DNA of 29,992 nucleotides from Candidatus Velthaea sp. (GCA_050012475.1 JBEKHC010000064.1:1-29992), one strand, 5' to 3'; shown: positions 1-8,778, counted from the stretch's first letter. The notes: a model not told the origin generated them from the sequence alone. Program-made: numbers and translations.

Positions 1-135
1 CTGGGCGATCTGCTCTTCGACGGCATCCATCAGGATTATCCGCAGAAGATCATCGCCGGCAGCATTGCCGCCGCCGCCTTGGCGATCGCGGCGGACCTGG
101 TGCTGCGCCAGGCGGAACGGCTGGTGCGCCGCTGA
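1..135 (+). CDS. 3' end of an osmoprotectant/quaternary-amine ABC transporter permease (OpuBB/ProW-like), partial
   Basis: Frame 1 reads LGDLLFDGIHQDYPQKIIAGSIAAAALAIAADLVLRQAERLVRR*, matching the typical C-terminus of this permease family (LG..I..G...G....LA...D..L...ER). Not in the ORF track because the start lies upstream of the window. Confidence 0.75.
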   Translation: MGDLLFDGIHQDYPQKIIAGSIAAAALAIAADLVLRQAERLVRR

Positions 136-551
136 TCCCGCTCTTCGCCTACGGGACGCTGCGCGATCCCGAATACCAGCGCGAACTCTTCGATCGAACC
201 TATCCGATGCGGCCGGCAGCGGTCGACGGTTACCGCGTCGTCGGCACGGACGGGGGCTATCTGGCGGCGCTGCCGCTGGCGGGCGCAGCGGCCTTCGGCG
301 CGCTCGTCGAACTCGACGCCGCGGGCTACGCGATCGCCGACGCCTGGGAGGACCGCAGCGTTTACGACCGGATCGAAGTCGCGGCCCGCTGCGGCGAGCG
401 AATGGAGCGCTGTTTCATCTACGTTTACGCGCGGCCGGTTTCCGCTGGCGTCCCCGTTGCGGATGGGCGGCTGAGCGACCGCACGCGCGCCGAGGTCATC
501 CGCGACATCCGGCGGTTTCGAGCATCGGCCGATTTTCCGCGCTCACCGTGA
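132..551 (+). CDS. Gamma-glutamylcyclotransferase (GGCT/AIG2-like) family protein
   Basis: The signature LFAYGTL (141-161) is in frame but upstream of the track's ATG at 207. ADAWEDRSVYDR matches the catalytic LD.yE...Y.R motif. Proposed start is CTG at 132, overlapping the previous stop (CTGA). Confidence 0.8.
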   Translation: MIPLFAYGTLRDPEYQRELFDRTYPMRPAAVDGYRVVGTDGGYLAALPLAGAAAFGALVELDAAGYAIADAWEDRSVYDRIEVAARCGERMERCFIYVYARPVSAGVPVADGRLSDRTRAEVIRDIRRFRASADFPRSP

Positions 552-1542
552 ACAGCGTCAACGCGTACCGGCCGCCGGCGTCGCTGAAGGTCTTGCGCTC
601 GCGATAGCCGCAGCCGTGTGCGAGTTCGACGATCTCGCCGCGCGTAAATTTGTACGACGACTCGGTGTGGATCGTATCGCCAACCGAAAACGGAACGGCC
701 AGCCCAGCCGCGCCGATCCGCACGTTTTGACGCCGGCGGCTGACCAAGAACGATTCGACGGCTCCGCGCACCGCATTGTACGTCGCGCGAAAGCGAAAGC
801 CGTCGAGATCGAAGTCCGCATCGAGTTCGCGGTTGATGCGGCCCAGCAAATTTTTGTTGAACGCGGCGGTGACGCCGGTCGGATCGTCGTAGGCAGCTTC
901 GAGGATCCCGGGATCTTTTTTCAGATCGTAGCCGACGAGCAGCCCGTCGCCGGGACGCAGTGCGCGGGCCAAAAGCTCGAGCAGCGCCGCCGCATCCGCC
1001 GGCCGGAAATTGCCGATGTTGGAGCCGAGATACAACGCCAGCACGCGGTCACGCGTCTCCAGGCCGCGCCGGCGCAGCAGCGCGTGATAGTCGCTCGCAT
1101 AGGCGCTGATGCGCAAGCGTTCGTTGGCCGCGACGAGCCCCAGCGACGATTCCACCAACGCTTCGGGCGAAATATCAATTGGATGATAGGTCAGGCGCGG
1201 CTGGCGTTCGAGAATCGCTTCGATGATGAGCTTGGTTTTGAGCGCGCTTCCCGAGCCGAGTTCGACCAACTCCAGCGGTTCGGAGAACGAGCCCACGATC
1301 TCGCGGCCGTACGTCGCGAGCAAATCGCGTTCGACCCGGGTGAGATAGTATTCGGGAAGCCGGCAAATCGCCTCGAACAGCGTCGATCCCAAATCGTCGT
1401 AAAAGTATTTGGGGGGAAGCGAATAGGGACGGGCCGACAAGCCGGCACGCACGTCTTCGGCAAAGGTTGCGACCCGTTCGGGATGCGGATCGCGATACAG
1501 CGCGAAGCGCGCGGAAGGTCCGGTTTGCGTCGTCGAAGCCAT
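496..1542 (-). CDS. egtD: L-histidine N-alpha-methyltransferase (hercynine synthase, Methyltransf_33 family)
   Basis: Motifs PPKYFYDDLGSTLFEAICRLPEYY, ELGSGS, GSNIGNF, YDDPTGVTAAFNKNLL and IHTESSYKF. ATG at 1542 follows an AGGGA SD-like site. Confidence 0.92.
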   Translation of the reverse strand: MASTTQTGPSARFALYRDPHPERVATFAEDVRAGLSARPYSLPPKYFYDDLGSTLFEAICRLPEYYLTRVERDLLATYGREIVGSFSEPLELVELGSGSALKTKLIIEAILERQPRLTYHPIDISPEALVESSLGLVAANERLRISAYASDYHALLRRRGLETRDRVLALYLGSNIGNFRPADAAALLELLARALRPGDGLLVGYDLKKDPGILEAAYDDPTGVTAAFNKNLLGRINRELDADFDLDGFRFRATYNAVRGAVESFLVSRRRQNVRIGAAGLAVPFSVGDTIHTESSYKFTRGEIVELAHGCGYRERKTFSDAGGRYALTLFTVSAENRPMLETAGCRG

Positions 1543-1570
1543 CTCAATCGTCCCTACAGCAGAAAATCTT

Positions 1571-1621
1571 GCCGGGTATGTTCCACCGGCGACCATCGGT
1601 TATCACCGGAGACATCCCGGC
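1571..1621 (-). promoter_or_regulatory. 51-nt imperfect hairpin in the egtD upstream region (terminator or leader structure)
   Basis: Minus strand: GCCGGG/CCCGGC, ATGT/ACAT and CCGGTGA/TCGCCGG pairings, followed by AAGATTTTCT. Confidence 0.4.
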
Positions 1622-1714
1622 TTCGACGAGCCCTATACCCACAGAAAGGCTGCAAACGGCCTCGCTGCGGCGGAAACGTGACGCGGGGCAATGCTGCGCG
1701 CAGCTGCGCGCATG

Positions 1715-2362
1715 TCAGCGTTCGGCGAGTAAGCGCGCCCAACGCTCGTGGATATCGGCGATGTACGCGCGCGTTTCCGGATATGGCGGAACGCCCCCGT
1801 AATACGTGACGGTACCCGGACCGGCATTGTAGGCGGCGAGCGCAAAGGCGTAGGGATCGCCCGCGACGTGCGCGTAGCGCGCGAGGTACGTCGCCAAAAT
1901 GTGCGCGGCTCCCGCAATCGCCGCTCGCGGATCGAACGGATCGATGCCGTAGAATTCGGCGGTCGGAACGGTGAGCTGCGCGATCCCATACGCTCCGGCC
2001 AGCGAGATCGCGTTGGGGTCGAACGCCGATTCCTGCAGCAACGTCGCGGCGACGAATTGCGGATCGACGCCTTCGCGGCGTGACGCCTCGCGAGCATCCA
2101 CGGCGAGCGCCAATGCATCCAATGCCCCGATTCGCGGGTTGGCCCTCACGATGGACCGAACGACGGAAAGCAGCGGCCCGCTGCCGCGCGGCGCGTCGAT
2201 GAACAGCCGGATCCCCCGAATGTTTTCGACCGGCGCGGGCATATGCCAGCTCAGCGCTGCATCGCGCAGCGCGTCGATTCGCACGTTCGTGAAGCTCGAT
2301 GCCAAGGGAAATGAGAGACTCAAAACCGCAGCGGCAAGAGGGTTTCTTCTGCTCGAAAACAA
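1715..2362 (-). CDS. Lytic transglycosylase (SLT domain), probably exported
   Basis: Catalytic QES, AYGIAQL, ALAAYNAGPG and ETRAY motifs, with a hydrophobic N-terminus. Start (TTG) uncertain. Confidence 0.9.
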   Translation of the reverse strand: MFSSRRNPLAAAVLSLSFPLASSFTNVRIDALRDAALSWHMPAPVENIRGIRLFIDAPRGSGPLLSVVRSIVRANPRIGALDALALAVDAREASRREGVDPQFVAATLLQESAFDPNAISLAGAYGIAQLTVPTAEFYGIDPFDPRAAIAGAAHILATYLARYAHVAGDPYAFALAAYNAGPGTVTYYGGVPPYPETRAYIADIHERWARLLAER

Positions 2363-2412
2363 GTCGCCGGTAGTTCTCTCTTTCTATCGACGCAGAATTT
2401 AAGGATTAGCGC

Positions 2413-2997
2413 GTGAACTCGATCGGGTTAGGATCGCCGGTTCTCTCATCGCTGGTCGCGATGCTCCTCGTGCTTGTCGTCGGTGATTTCGCGTCGACCT
2501 TTTTTTACCACGTCCCGCAGCACGTGTGGGGCAAACTCCACCTGCGCACGCACCACGACCGCCGGCGCTCCTACTGGGATCACGCGGTGATCTCGCGCGA
2601 CCCCGGGGTCATGCTCGACGGGTTCCTGGGCGCGGTCCCCTACTTCATCGTCGCTGCGGCCGGCAGCAAAATCTCCGTTTTCGGGGCAGCGCTCGGCTTG
2701 CTCCTCGGCCAACTGCACGTCTGGTGGCGCCACACCACGGAACTGGGCTGGCAAACGCCTGCCCCCGTCCGCCGGCTCTGCCGGGCGCTGGCAATCGTGC
2801 TCCCCGAGGACCATGACGGGCATCACCGAAACCCAGAAATCGAGTTCGGCGATCTCTTTCGCTTCTACGACGCGCCCGCGCGCAAGATGCTGGTTCTGCT
2901 TCGGACGGTAAGTCCGCGGCGGGCCGCGCGTCGTCGGAGTACGGTCCGACCGATCAAGCGCAAGACCGCGGTCTCAACGGGTGTTGGCCGGGGCTAG
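2413..2997 (+). CDS. Fatty acid hydroxylase / sterol desaturase family membrane di-iron protein
   Basis: His boxes YHVPQH, HLRTHH, HVWWRH and HDGHH, plus hydrophobic helices. Confidence 0.8.
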   Translation: MNSIGLGSPVLSSLVAMLLVLVVGDFASTFFYHVPQHVWGKLHLRTHHDRRRSYWDHAVISRDPGVMLDGFLGAVPYFIVAAAGSKISVFGAALGLLLGQLHVWWRHTTELGWQTPAPVRRLCRALAIVLPEDHDGHHRNPEIEFGDLFRFYDAPARKMLVLLRTVSPRRAARRRSTVRPIKRKTAVSTGVGRG

Positions 2998-3012
2998 TTT
3001 CGTGGAGACCGG

Positions 3013-4182
3013 ATGACCAAACGTGTCCTCTTCCTGATCTCGGATACCGGCGGCGGCCATCGGGCCGGATCGCAAGCTATCGGAGCCGCGTTAGACGAGA
3101 TCGACGGAGAGACGCGTTACGAATGGCGCATCGACGATATCGCAACCCACTGCACTTTTCCGCTCTCTCAGCTCGGCCCCGCCTATAGCGCCGCGCTCCG
3201 TTTCGCTCCCCCCATCTACGGCGCCCTGTTCCATGCCACCAACGGCCGCCGCCGCTACCGGACCATCGTGCGCTTCTGCGAGCCGCTCTACCGCGAGCGG
3301 CTGCGCGACTCGTTTTTGATGTACCGTCCGGACGTGATCGTCTCGGTCCACCCGCTGCTCAACCACGCCGCCCTGCGGGCCCGCGCCGACGCCGGGCTGC
3401 TGCGCGTCCCGCTCATCACGGTGATCACCGATTTGGGCCGGGTTCACGAGGGCTGGCTGCTCCCCGAGGCCGATCTCACCGTCGTGCCGGCCCGGGAGGT
3501 TTACCAGCGCGCGCTCGAACGCGGCGTCCCGCCCGAGCGCTTGCGCCTGTTGGGCCACCCCGTGCACCCGAAGTTCGAGGACGTCTCCGAAACGAAGGCC
3601 GAGATCCGCAAGGGGTTAGGGCTGCCGAGCGATCGTCCGATCGCTCTCCTGATGGCCGGCGGCGAGGGCGGCGGAAAGCTGCTGCCGACCACGCTGGCGC
3701 TGGCAAAATCGCGGCTTCCGTTCCATCTCGTGGTCGTGACGGGGCGGAATGCGGCGCTCAAAGCCAAGCTCGAAGAGCTCGCGCCGCAGCTGCCGACCCC
3801 GATGACGGTCTTGGGCTTCCGCAACGACGTGCCCGAACTCATGCGTGCCTCGGACCTGCTGGTCACCAAAGCCGGTCCCGGAGCGATCGCCGAGGCATCG
3901 ATCGCCGAAGTCCCGGTCGTGGTCTATGATTTCGTCCCCGGCCAGGAGCGCGGCAATCTCGACTACGTGCGCACCAACGGCATCGGCGTGGTGGCGCTCA
4001 CGGCGGCCGAAGTCGTCGCCTCGGTCACCCGGATCGTGCACAACCAGGAGCGGCTGGTAGCCATGCGCGCCCGCCAGACGTCGATCGCGCCGCGCGGCAG
4101 CTCGCGCCGGATCGCCGAACTCATCGCCGAAGTCGCCGCGCGGGGCAGCGTTCCGCGCGAACCGGTGTTCATCGCGGGCTAA
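3013..4182 (+). CDS. GT28 diacylglycerol glycosyltransferase (MGDG synthase / UgtP-like)
   Basis: SDTGGGH, IVSVHPL, TVITD, GGEGGG, LVTKAGPGAIAEA and PGQERGN motifs. Confidence 0.9.
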   Translation: MTKRVLFLISDTGGGHRAGSQAIGAALDEIDGETRYEWRIDDIATHCTFPLSQLGPAYSAALRFAPPIYGALFHATNGRRRYRTIVRFCEPLYRERLRDSFLMYRPDVIVSVHPLLNHAALRARADAGLLRVPLITVITDLGRVHEGWLLPEADLTVVPAREVYQRALERGVPPERLRLLGHPVHPKFEDVSETKAEIRKGLGLPSDRPIALLMAGGEGGGKLLPTTLALAKSRLPFHLVVVTGRNAALKAKLEELAPQLPTPMTVLGFRNDVPELMRASDLLVTKAGPGAIAEASIAEVPVVVYDFVPGQERGNLDYVRTNGIGVVALTAAEVVASVTRIVHNQERLVAMRARQTSIAPRGSSRRIAELIAEVAARGSVPREPVFIAG

Positions 4183-4316
4183 CGACTGCGCGCAATTGGG
4201 GCCGAAAGTCGGCTTGGGCTGGGGCCCTGGGTAGCTAGGGCCCGGTCGCAACGCACTCTACCGTTTGATGATCGTGCCAGCGCGCACCACGCAGCGCTAG
4301 AGAAAGCGGGCCAAAC

Positions 4317-4748
4317 ATGCGGGCCGGAAAGCTCTTCACCGCAGTTGCCGTCTTGAACGCAGCCCTCGGGCTGCACAACCTCGCGCTGGCGAATCCGGCT
4401 TCGGGTCCGACGCCGAGCATCGCGCCCGCGGAGGTCGTTCGCAAAGAAGTCATCGCGTTCAACGCGCACGACGCGGTCGCCGTGGCGAAGTGGCACGGGC
4501 CCGACGCGAAACTCCGGCTCGTGCCGCAGGGCAAGGTGCTGGCGACGGGCCGAACGGCGATCACCGCGTTCTTCAAGCACGTCTTCGACTCGTCGCCGAA
4601 CGTCCGCATCACGCTGCAAAAGCAACTCGTGCTCGGCCGCATGGTCATCAACTACTACAGCGAAAGCGGATCGAAATATACCGCGGTCATCTCGACCTAC
4701 CAAGTCGAGAACGGCTCCATCGCCAACGAATGGATCACGTTCGGATAG
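4317..4748 (+). CDS. Secreted SnoaL/NTF2-like fold protein
   Basis: Signal peptide ending in ALA, then AFNAHD...GRTAITAFF...YQVENGSI, typical of SnoaL-like domains. Confidence 0.7.
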   Translation: MRAGKLFTAVAVLNAALGLHNLALANPASGPTPSIAPAEVVRKEVIAFNAHDAVAVAKWHGPDAKLRLVPQGKVLATGRTAITAFFKHVFDSSPNVRITLQKQLVLGRMVINYYSESGSKYTAVISTYQVENGSIANEWITFG

Positions 4749-4801
4749 AGCTCGGCTCGCCGCACCCGACGGTCCGCGCTGCTAACGGCAGGAGCACCAT
4801 C

Positions 4802-5797
4802 ATCGAACATCGTTCACTCGGGCGGACCGGGCCATCGGTTTCCGCGCTGGGCTTGGGCTGCATGGGCATGTCGGGCATGTACGGTCCGGCCGACCGCGCC
4901 GAGAGCCTGGCCACCATTCGTGCCGCATTCGAGGACGGCATCACGCTGCTCGACACCGGCGATTTCTACGGCATGGGCCACAACGAGATGCTCATCGGCG
5001 AAGCCCTCCGCGACTTGCCGCGCGCAGACCTGACGATCAGCGTCAAATTCGGCGCGCTGCGCGATCCGGCGGGAGCCTGGCTCGGTTTGGACGGCCGGCC
5101 CGCGGCGGTGAAGAACGCCCTGGCATATTCGCTCGAGCGCCTAAACGTCGAGTATATCGACGTCTATCGAATGGCCCGCGTCGATCCCGCGGTTCCGGTC
5201 GAGGAGACGGTCGGAGCGATCGGCGAGATGATTCGCGCCGGCTACGTGCGCCACATCGGCCTGTCGGAAGCCGGCGTCGAGACCATTGCCCGCGCCCACG
5301 CCGCGCATCCGATCGTGGACCTTCAGATCGAATACTCACTGATCTCGCGCAGCATCGAAGCCGCGATCCTGCCGGCCTGCCGCGAGCGCGGCATCGCGAT
5401 TACCGCCTATGGCGTGCTGTCACGCGGCCTCCTCGGCGGTCATTGGTCGCCGCAACGGTCGACCGTTGCGGGCGACTTCCGCACGCATAGTCCGCGCTTC
5501 CAGGGCGAGAATCTCGAGCGCAATCTTCAGCTCGTCGAAGCGCTGCGAAAGGTTGCCGACGCCAAGGGCGCGACCGTCGCGCAACTGGCGACGGCCTGGG
5601 TGCTCGCGCAAGGCTCCGATATCGTGCCGATCGTTGGTTCGCGAACGCGGGCGCAGCTCGCCGAAGCCGTCGGGGCGACGGGCCTCGTGCTGAGCCCCGA
5701 CGATCTCAAAGCAATCGAGGCCGCGGTGCCCGTCGGCTCGGCCGCGGGATCGCGCTATCCCGAGGCACAGATGGCGCAGCTGGATAGCGAGCGCTGA
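4802..5797 (+). CDS. Aldo/keto reductase
   Basis: RSLGRTGPSVSALGLGCMGMS, LDTGDFYG, SVKFG and QIEYSL motifs. Start placed at ATC 4802, 7 nt after AGGAG (4790-4794). An in-frame ATG at 4730 is the alternative. Confidence 0.93.
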   Translation: MEHRSLGRTGPSVSALGLGCMGMSGMYGPADRAESLATIRAAFEDGITLLDTGDFYGMGHNEMLIGEALRDLPRADLTISVKFGALRDPAGAWLGLDGRPAAVKNALAYSLERLNVEYIDVYRMARVDPAVPVEETVGAIGEMIRAGYVRHIGLSEAGVETIARAHAAHPIVDLQIEYSLISRSIEAAILPACRERGIAITAYGVLSRGLLGGHWSPQRSTVAGDFRTHSPRFQGENLERNLQLVEALRKVADAKGATVAQLATAWVLAQGSDIVPIVGSRTRAQLAEAVGATGLVLSPDDLKAIEAAVPVGSAAGSRYPEAQMAQLDSER

Positions 5798-5845
5798 GCC
5801 GAACGCGGCGAGGAATCGGCTCGGCTTCGCTCAACCGGTTCGCTC

Positions 5846-7024
5846 ATGCCACTCACGGTCGAACCACCGGCTTCCCTCATCGAACGCGTGATCGCGCTGC
5901 GGCGCGATCTGCACCGCCATCCGGAACTTGGCTTCGAGGAACATCGGACGGCGGCGATCGCGGCCGAGCGGCTGCACGATCTCGGCTACGAGGTGCACAC
6001 CGGAATCGCGGCGACCGGCGTCGTCGGCGTGATGCGCGGAACGGCGCCGGGCAAGACGATCATGCTGCGCGCCGACATGGACGCGCTGCCGATCGACGAG
6101 GAGAACACGGTCGACTACCGCTCGCGTAACGCGCAGCGCATGCACGCTTGCGGACACGACGGCCACGTCGCTATCCTGCTGGGCGCCGCCGAACTCATCG
6201 CGGCGCGACGCGCCGAGCTTGCCGGAACGGTCTGCCTGGTGTTCCAACCGGCGGAGGAGGGGTATGGCGGCGGCGCACGCATGGTCCGCGAGGGCATGCT
6301 GGAGCGGTTCGGCATCGAGCGCGCCTACGGACTCCATCTCTCTTCATCGCACCCGGTGGGTCAGCTCGGCTTTCGCGAAGGGCCGATCTACGCGTCGAGC
6401 GACTCGCTCGAGATAACGATCGAGGGTCGCGGGGGGCATGGCGCGGCGCCGCATCTTTCGATCGATCCAATCTATCTGGCCGGCGAATTCATCGTTGCCG
6501 TGCAGCAAGTCGTTTCGCGCCAAATCGATCCGCTCGAACCGGCGGTCGTAACGATCGGCGCGATCCACGGCGGCACCACGCACAACGTGATCCCCAGCCG
6601 GGTCAAGCTCATGGGCACCGTTCGCGCATTCAACTCCGAAGTGCGCGCCCAAATGGCGGAGCGTATCGAGCGCGTGCTCAAGGGCGTGTGCGATACGGGC
6701 GGAGCAACCTACGACTTTGCCTATCTGTGGCGCTATCCCGTCACGTCTAACGACGCCGAGCAAACCCGCTACGTGAAAACGCTCGCGCAGCAGACCGTCG
6801 GCGCCGAATCGGTCATCGACGTCGCGCAAATCATGGGCGCCGAAGACTTCTCGTTCTTCGCCGAAAAAGTACCGGCGTGCTTCTACACGCTGGGCACGGC
6901 GAGCGGCCCCGACAGCTCCTGGCCGCACCACCACGCACGCTTCGACATCGACGAATCCGCGCTCGTCAACGGCGTGCGCATGATGTGCGCCATCGCGCTG
7001 CACGCACCGGCCAACGCCCCCTAA
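5846..7024 (+). CDS. M20D family amidohydrolase
   Basis: RRDLHRHPELGFEE, LRADMDALP, MHACGHDGH, FQPAEEG, GAEDFS and HH..FDIDE motifs. Confidence 0.95.
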   Translation: MPLTVEPPASLIERVIALRRDLHRHPELGFEEHRTAAIAAERLHDLGYEVHTGIAATGVVGVMRGTAPGKTIMLRADMDALPIDEENTVDYRSRNAQRMHACGHDGHVAILLGAAELIAARRAELAGTVCLVFQPAEEGYGGGARMVREGMLERFGIERAYGLHLSSSHPVGQLGFREGPIYASSDSLEITIEGRGGHGAAPHLSIDPIYLAGEFIVAVQQVVSRQIDPLEPAVVTIGAIHGGTTHNVIPSRVKLMGTVRAFNSEVRAQMAERIERVLKGVCDTGGATYDFAYLWRYPVTSNDAEQTRYVKTLAQQTVGAESVIDVAQIMGAEDFSFFAEKVPACFYTLGTASGPDSSWPHHHARFDIDESALVNGVRMMCAIALHAPANAP

Positions 7025-7065
7025 GCCGCTCGGAAGAAGACCGCACTTCGCGCGGCCGTTCATTT

Positions 7066-8679
7066 TTAGGGCTGCATATCCGCGGCCATGAATTCATCGA
7101 ACGTTCCGAAGGCGGTCGGCGCAAAGCCCGTCAGGCCGGCATTGAATGCGAAGACGAAGCTGCGCTCGTAGGTGACGATCGCAGGTGCGTCAGCGTCGAT
7201 TTGGCGCTGAAAGCGGCGGCCCAACTCGGCTCGCTGTTTCGGATCGTACGACGCTTCGTAGTCCCGCATGCCGGCATCGACGGCGCGATTACAGTAGCGC
7301 GTCACGTTGAGTCCGTGCGGAGCCGCATAGACGCAGCCGTAGGAGCCCGCGACGTTCGCCATCACGCCGCCGGCCTGAGACAGCAGCGCCGCGTCGAACT
7401 TGCCGCCGAACAGGATGCCGCCCGATGCGGCCGGAGCGAAATACAGCGCATCGCCGAAGGGCTTGACCTCGACGCCGACCCCGATCGCTTTCCAGCTTGC
7501 GCGCAAAAGCTCTGCGGTGACCGCTGAGGGCGCATAGTCGCTCGGGATTGCAATGTTCACGACGAGCGCGACACCGTCTTTGGCGCGCGTGCCGTCCGGG
7601 CCACGCCTCCAGCCTGCCGCGTCCAGAATGCGTTCGGCCAACGCGGGATCGTAGGGCGCTTGCGGCAAGCCGGCATCGAAATCCGTTGCGACTTGCGGCA
7701 CGACCGACTCGGCCAACGTCCCGACGTCGTGATAGACGTTATGAAGCAAGTACGCGCGGTTCGTTGCGAACCGGAGGGCTCGGCGCACATTGCGATCGCG
7801 CGTGACAGGGCTCGTCGTGTTGAGAAAGATCGCCGAAATATACGGCGACGGCGCGGTGACGGTGCGCACCCCGGCGATGTGCCGCACGCGCTCGGCGAAC
7901 GTTCCTCCCACCGACGCCCAGAGGTCCAGCTCACCGGTTTGCAGCTGCGTGTACAGCGTGTTCTCATTGGGGATGATTTTATAGATGATCTTGGCGAGCT
8001 TTGGTTTGCCGCGGAAATAATACGGATTGGCTTCCATCTCAACGGCTTCTCCGCGGTGAAAGGCCGTGTAACGAAATGGGCCGATGCCGATCGGCAGCGC
8101 GTTGTAGGCCGTTTCGTTGATCGTGGCCGCTGAACCCAGAACATGCTTCGGGAGCACGCACGAGAGCGAGCCGCTGCCGAAAAAGCTCGTTGCGAACGGT
8201 GCGTACGGCATCTTGAGATGGAAAGCAACGGTGTATTTGTCGATCTCGCGCGTGCCGGCGACGTGATCCCAGGCTTCGCGATTGCTGACGTTGTTGGCGC
8301 GATTGAGGATTGCGCCGACCGTGTACGTGACGTCGTCCGCATCGAACGGAACCCCATCGCTCCATTTGACGTCCCGGCGTAAGTGGTAGGTGATCGTGCG
8401 GCCGTCGCGCGAAATCCCGCCGTTTGCGGTCGACGGGATCTTCGTGATCAGCTCGGGCACGACGGTATCGTTCGAGTCAAAGCGGGTGAAGTGAGCCATT
8501 GTCAAGCGGCTGAGGTCCACGACGTTTCCCGTGTTCGCCAACAGCGGGTTGAGCGTCGAAACATCGAGGCCATCCGACCAGCGCAGCACGTGAATGTGTG
8601 CGGCGGCTGACGCCGCGCACGGGATTCCCAGCGGCGCGAGAAGCGTCGCGGCCAAGAACGCGGCGGCGAAACGGCGCAT
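7066..8679 (-). CDS. ABC transporter substrate-binding protein, family 5 (peptide/nickel)
   Basis: Signal peptide from ATG 8679, then LNP, YHLRRDVKWSDGVPFDADDV, PIGIGPF and ANPYYFRGKPK motifs. Confidence 0.92.
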   Translation of the reverse strand: MRRFAAAFLAATLLAPLGIPCAASAAAHIHVLRWSDGLDVSTLNPLLANTGNVVDLSRLTMAHFTRFDSNDTVVPELITKIPSTANGGISRDGRTITYHLRRDVKWSDGVPFDADDVTYTVGAILNRANNVSNREAWDHVAGTREIDKYTVAFHLKMPYAPFATSFFGSGSLSCVLPKHVLGSAATINETAYNALPIGIGPFRYTAFHRGEAVEMEANPYYFRGKPKLAKIIYKIIPNENTLYTQLQTGELDLWASVGGTFAERVRHIAGVRTVTAPSPYISAIFLNTTSPVTRDRNVRRALRFATNRAYLLHNVYHDVGTLAESVVPQVATDFDAGLPQAPYDPALAERILDAAGWRRGPDGTRAKDGVALVVNIAIPSDYAPSAVTAELLRASWKAIGVGVEVKPFGDALYFAPAASGGILFGGKFDAALLSQAGGVMANVAGSYGCVYAAPHGLNVTRYCNRAVDAGMRDYEASYDPKQRAELGRRFQRQIDADAPAIVTYERSFVFAFNAGLTGFAPTAFGTFDEFMAADMQP

Positions 8680-8778
8680 GCTTGAACGCTCGGCCCGTAA
8701 GATTCGCGGGCACAGACTACCGAACCAACGGCGCCGCCCAGCGCAGACGAATCCGCGGCTCCGCATAACCGCCCGCCG

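Noticed and set aside
616..1809. 397-aa plus-strand ORF
   Set aside because: Shadow of egtD.
4490..4801. N-terminal extension of the aldo/keto reductase in the ORF track
   Set aside because: It overlaps the SnoaL-like gene in another frame, and homology and the SD point to a start near 4800.
5796..5822. GAGCCGA/TCGGCTC hairpin after the reductase
   Set aside because: Large loop and no U-tract, so it cannot be supported as a terminator.
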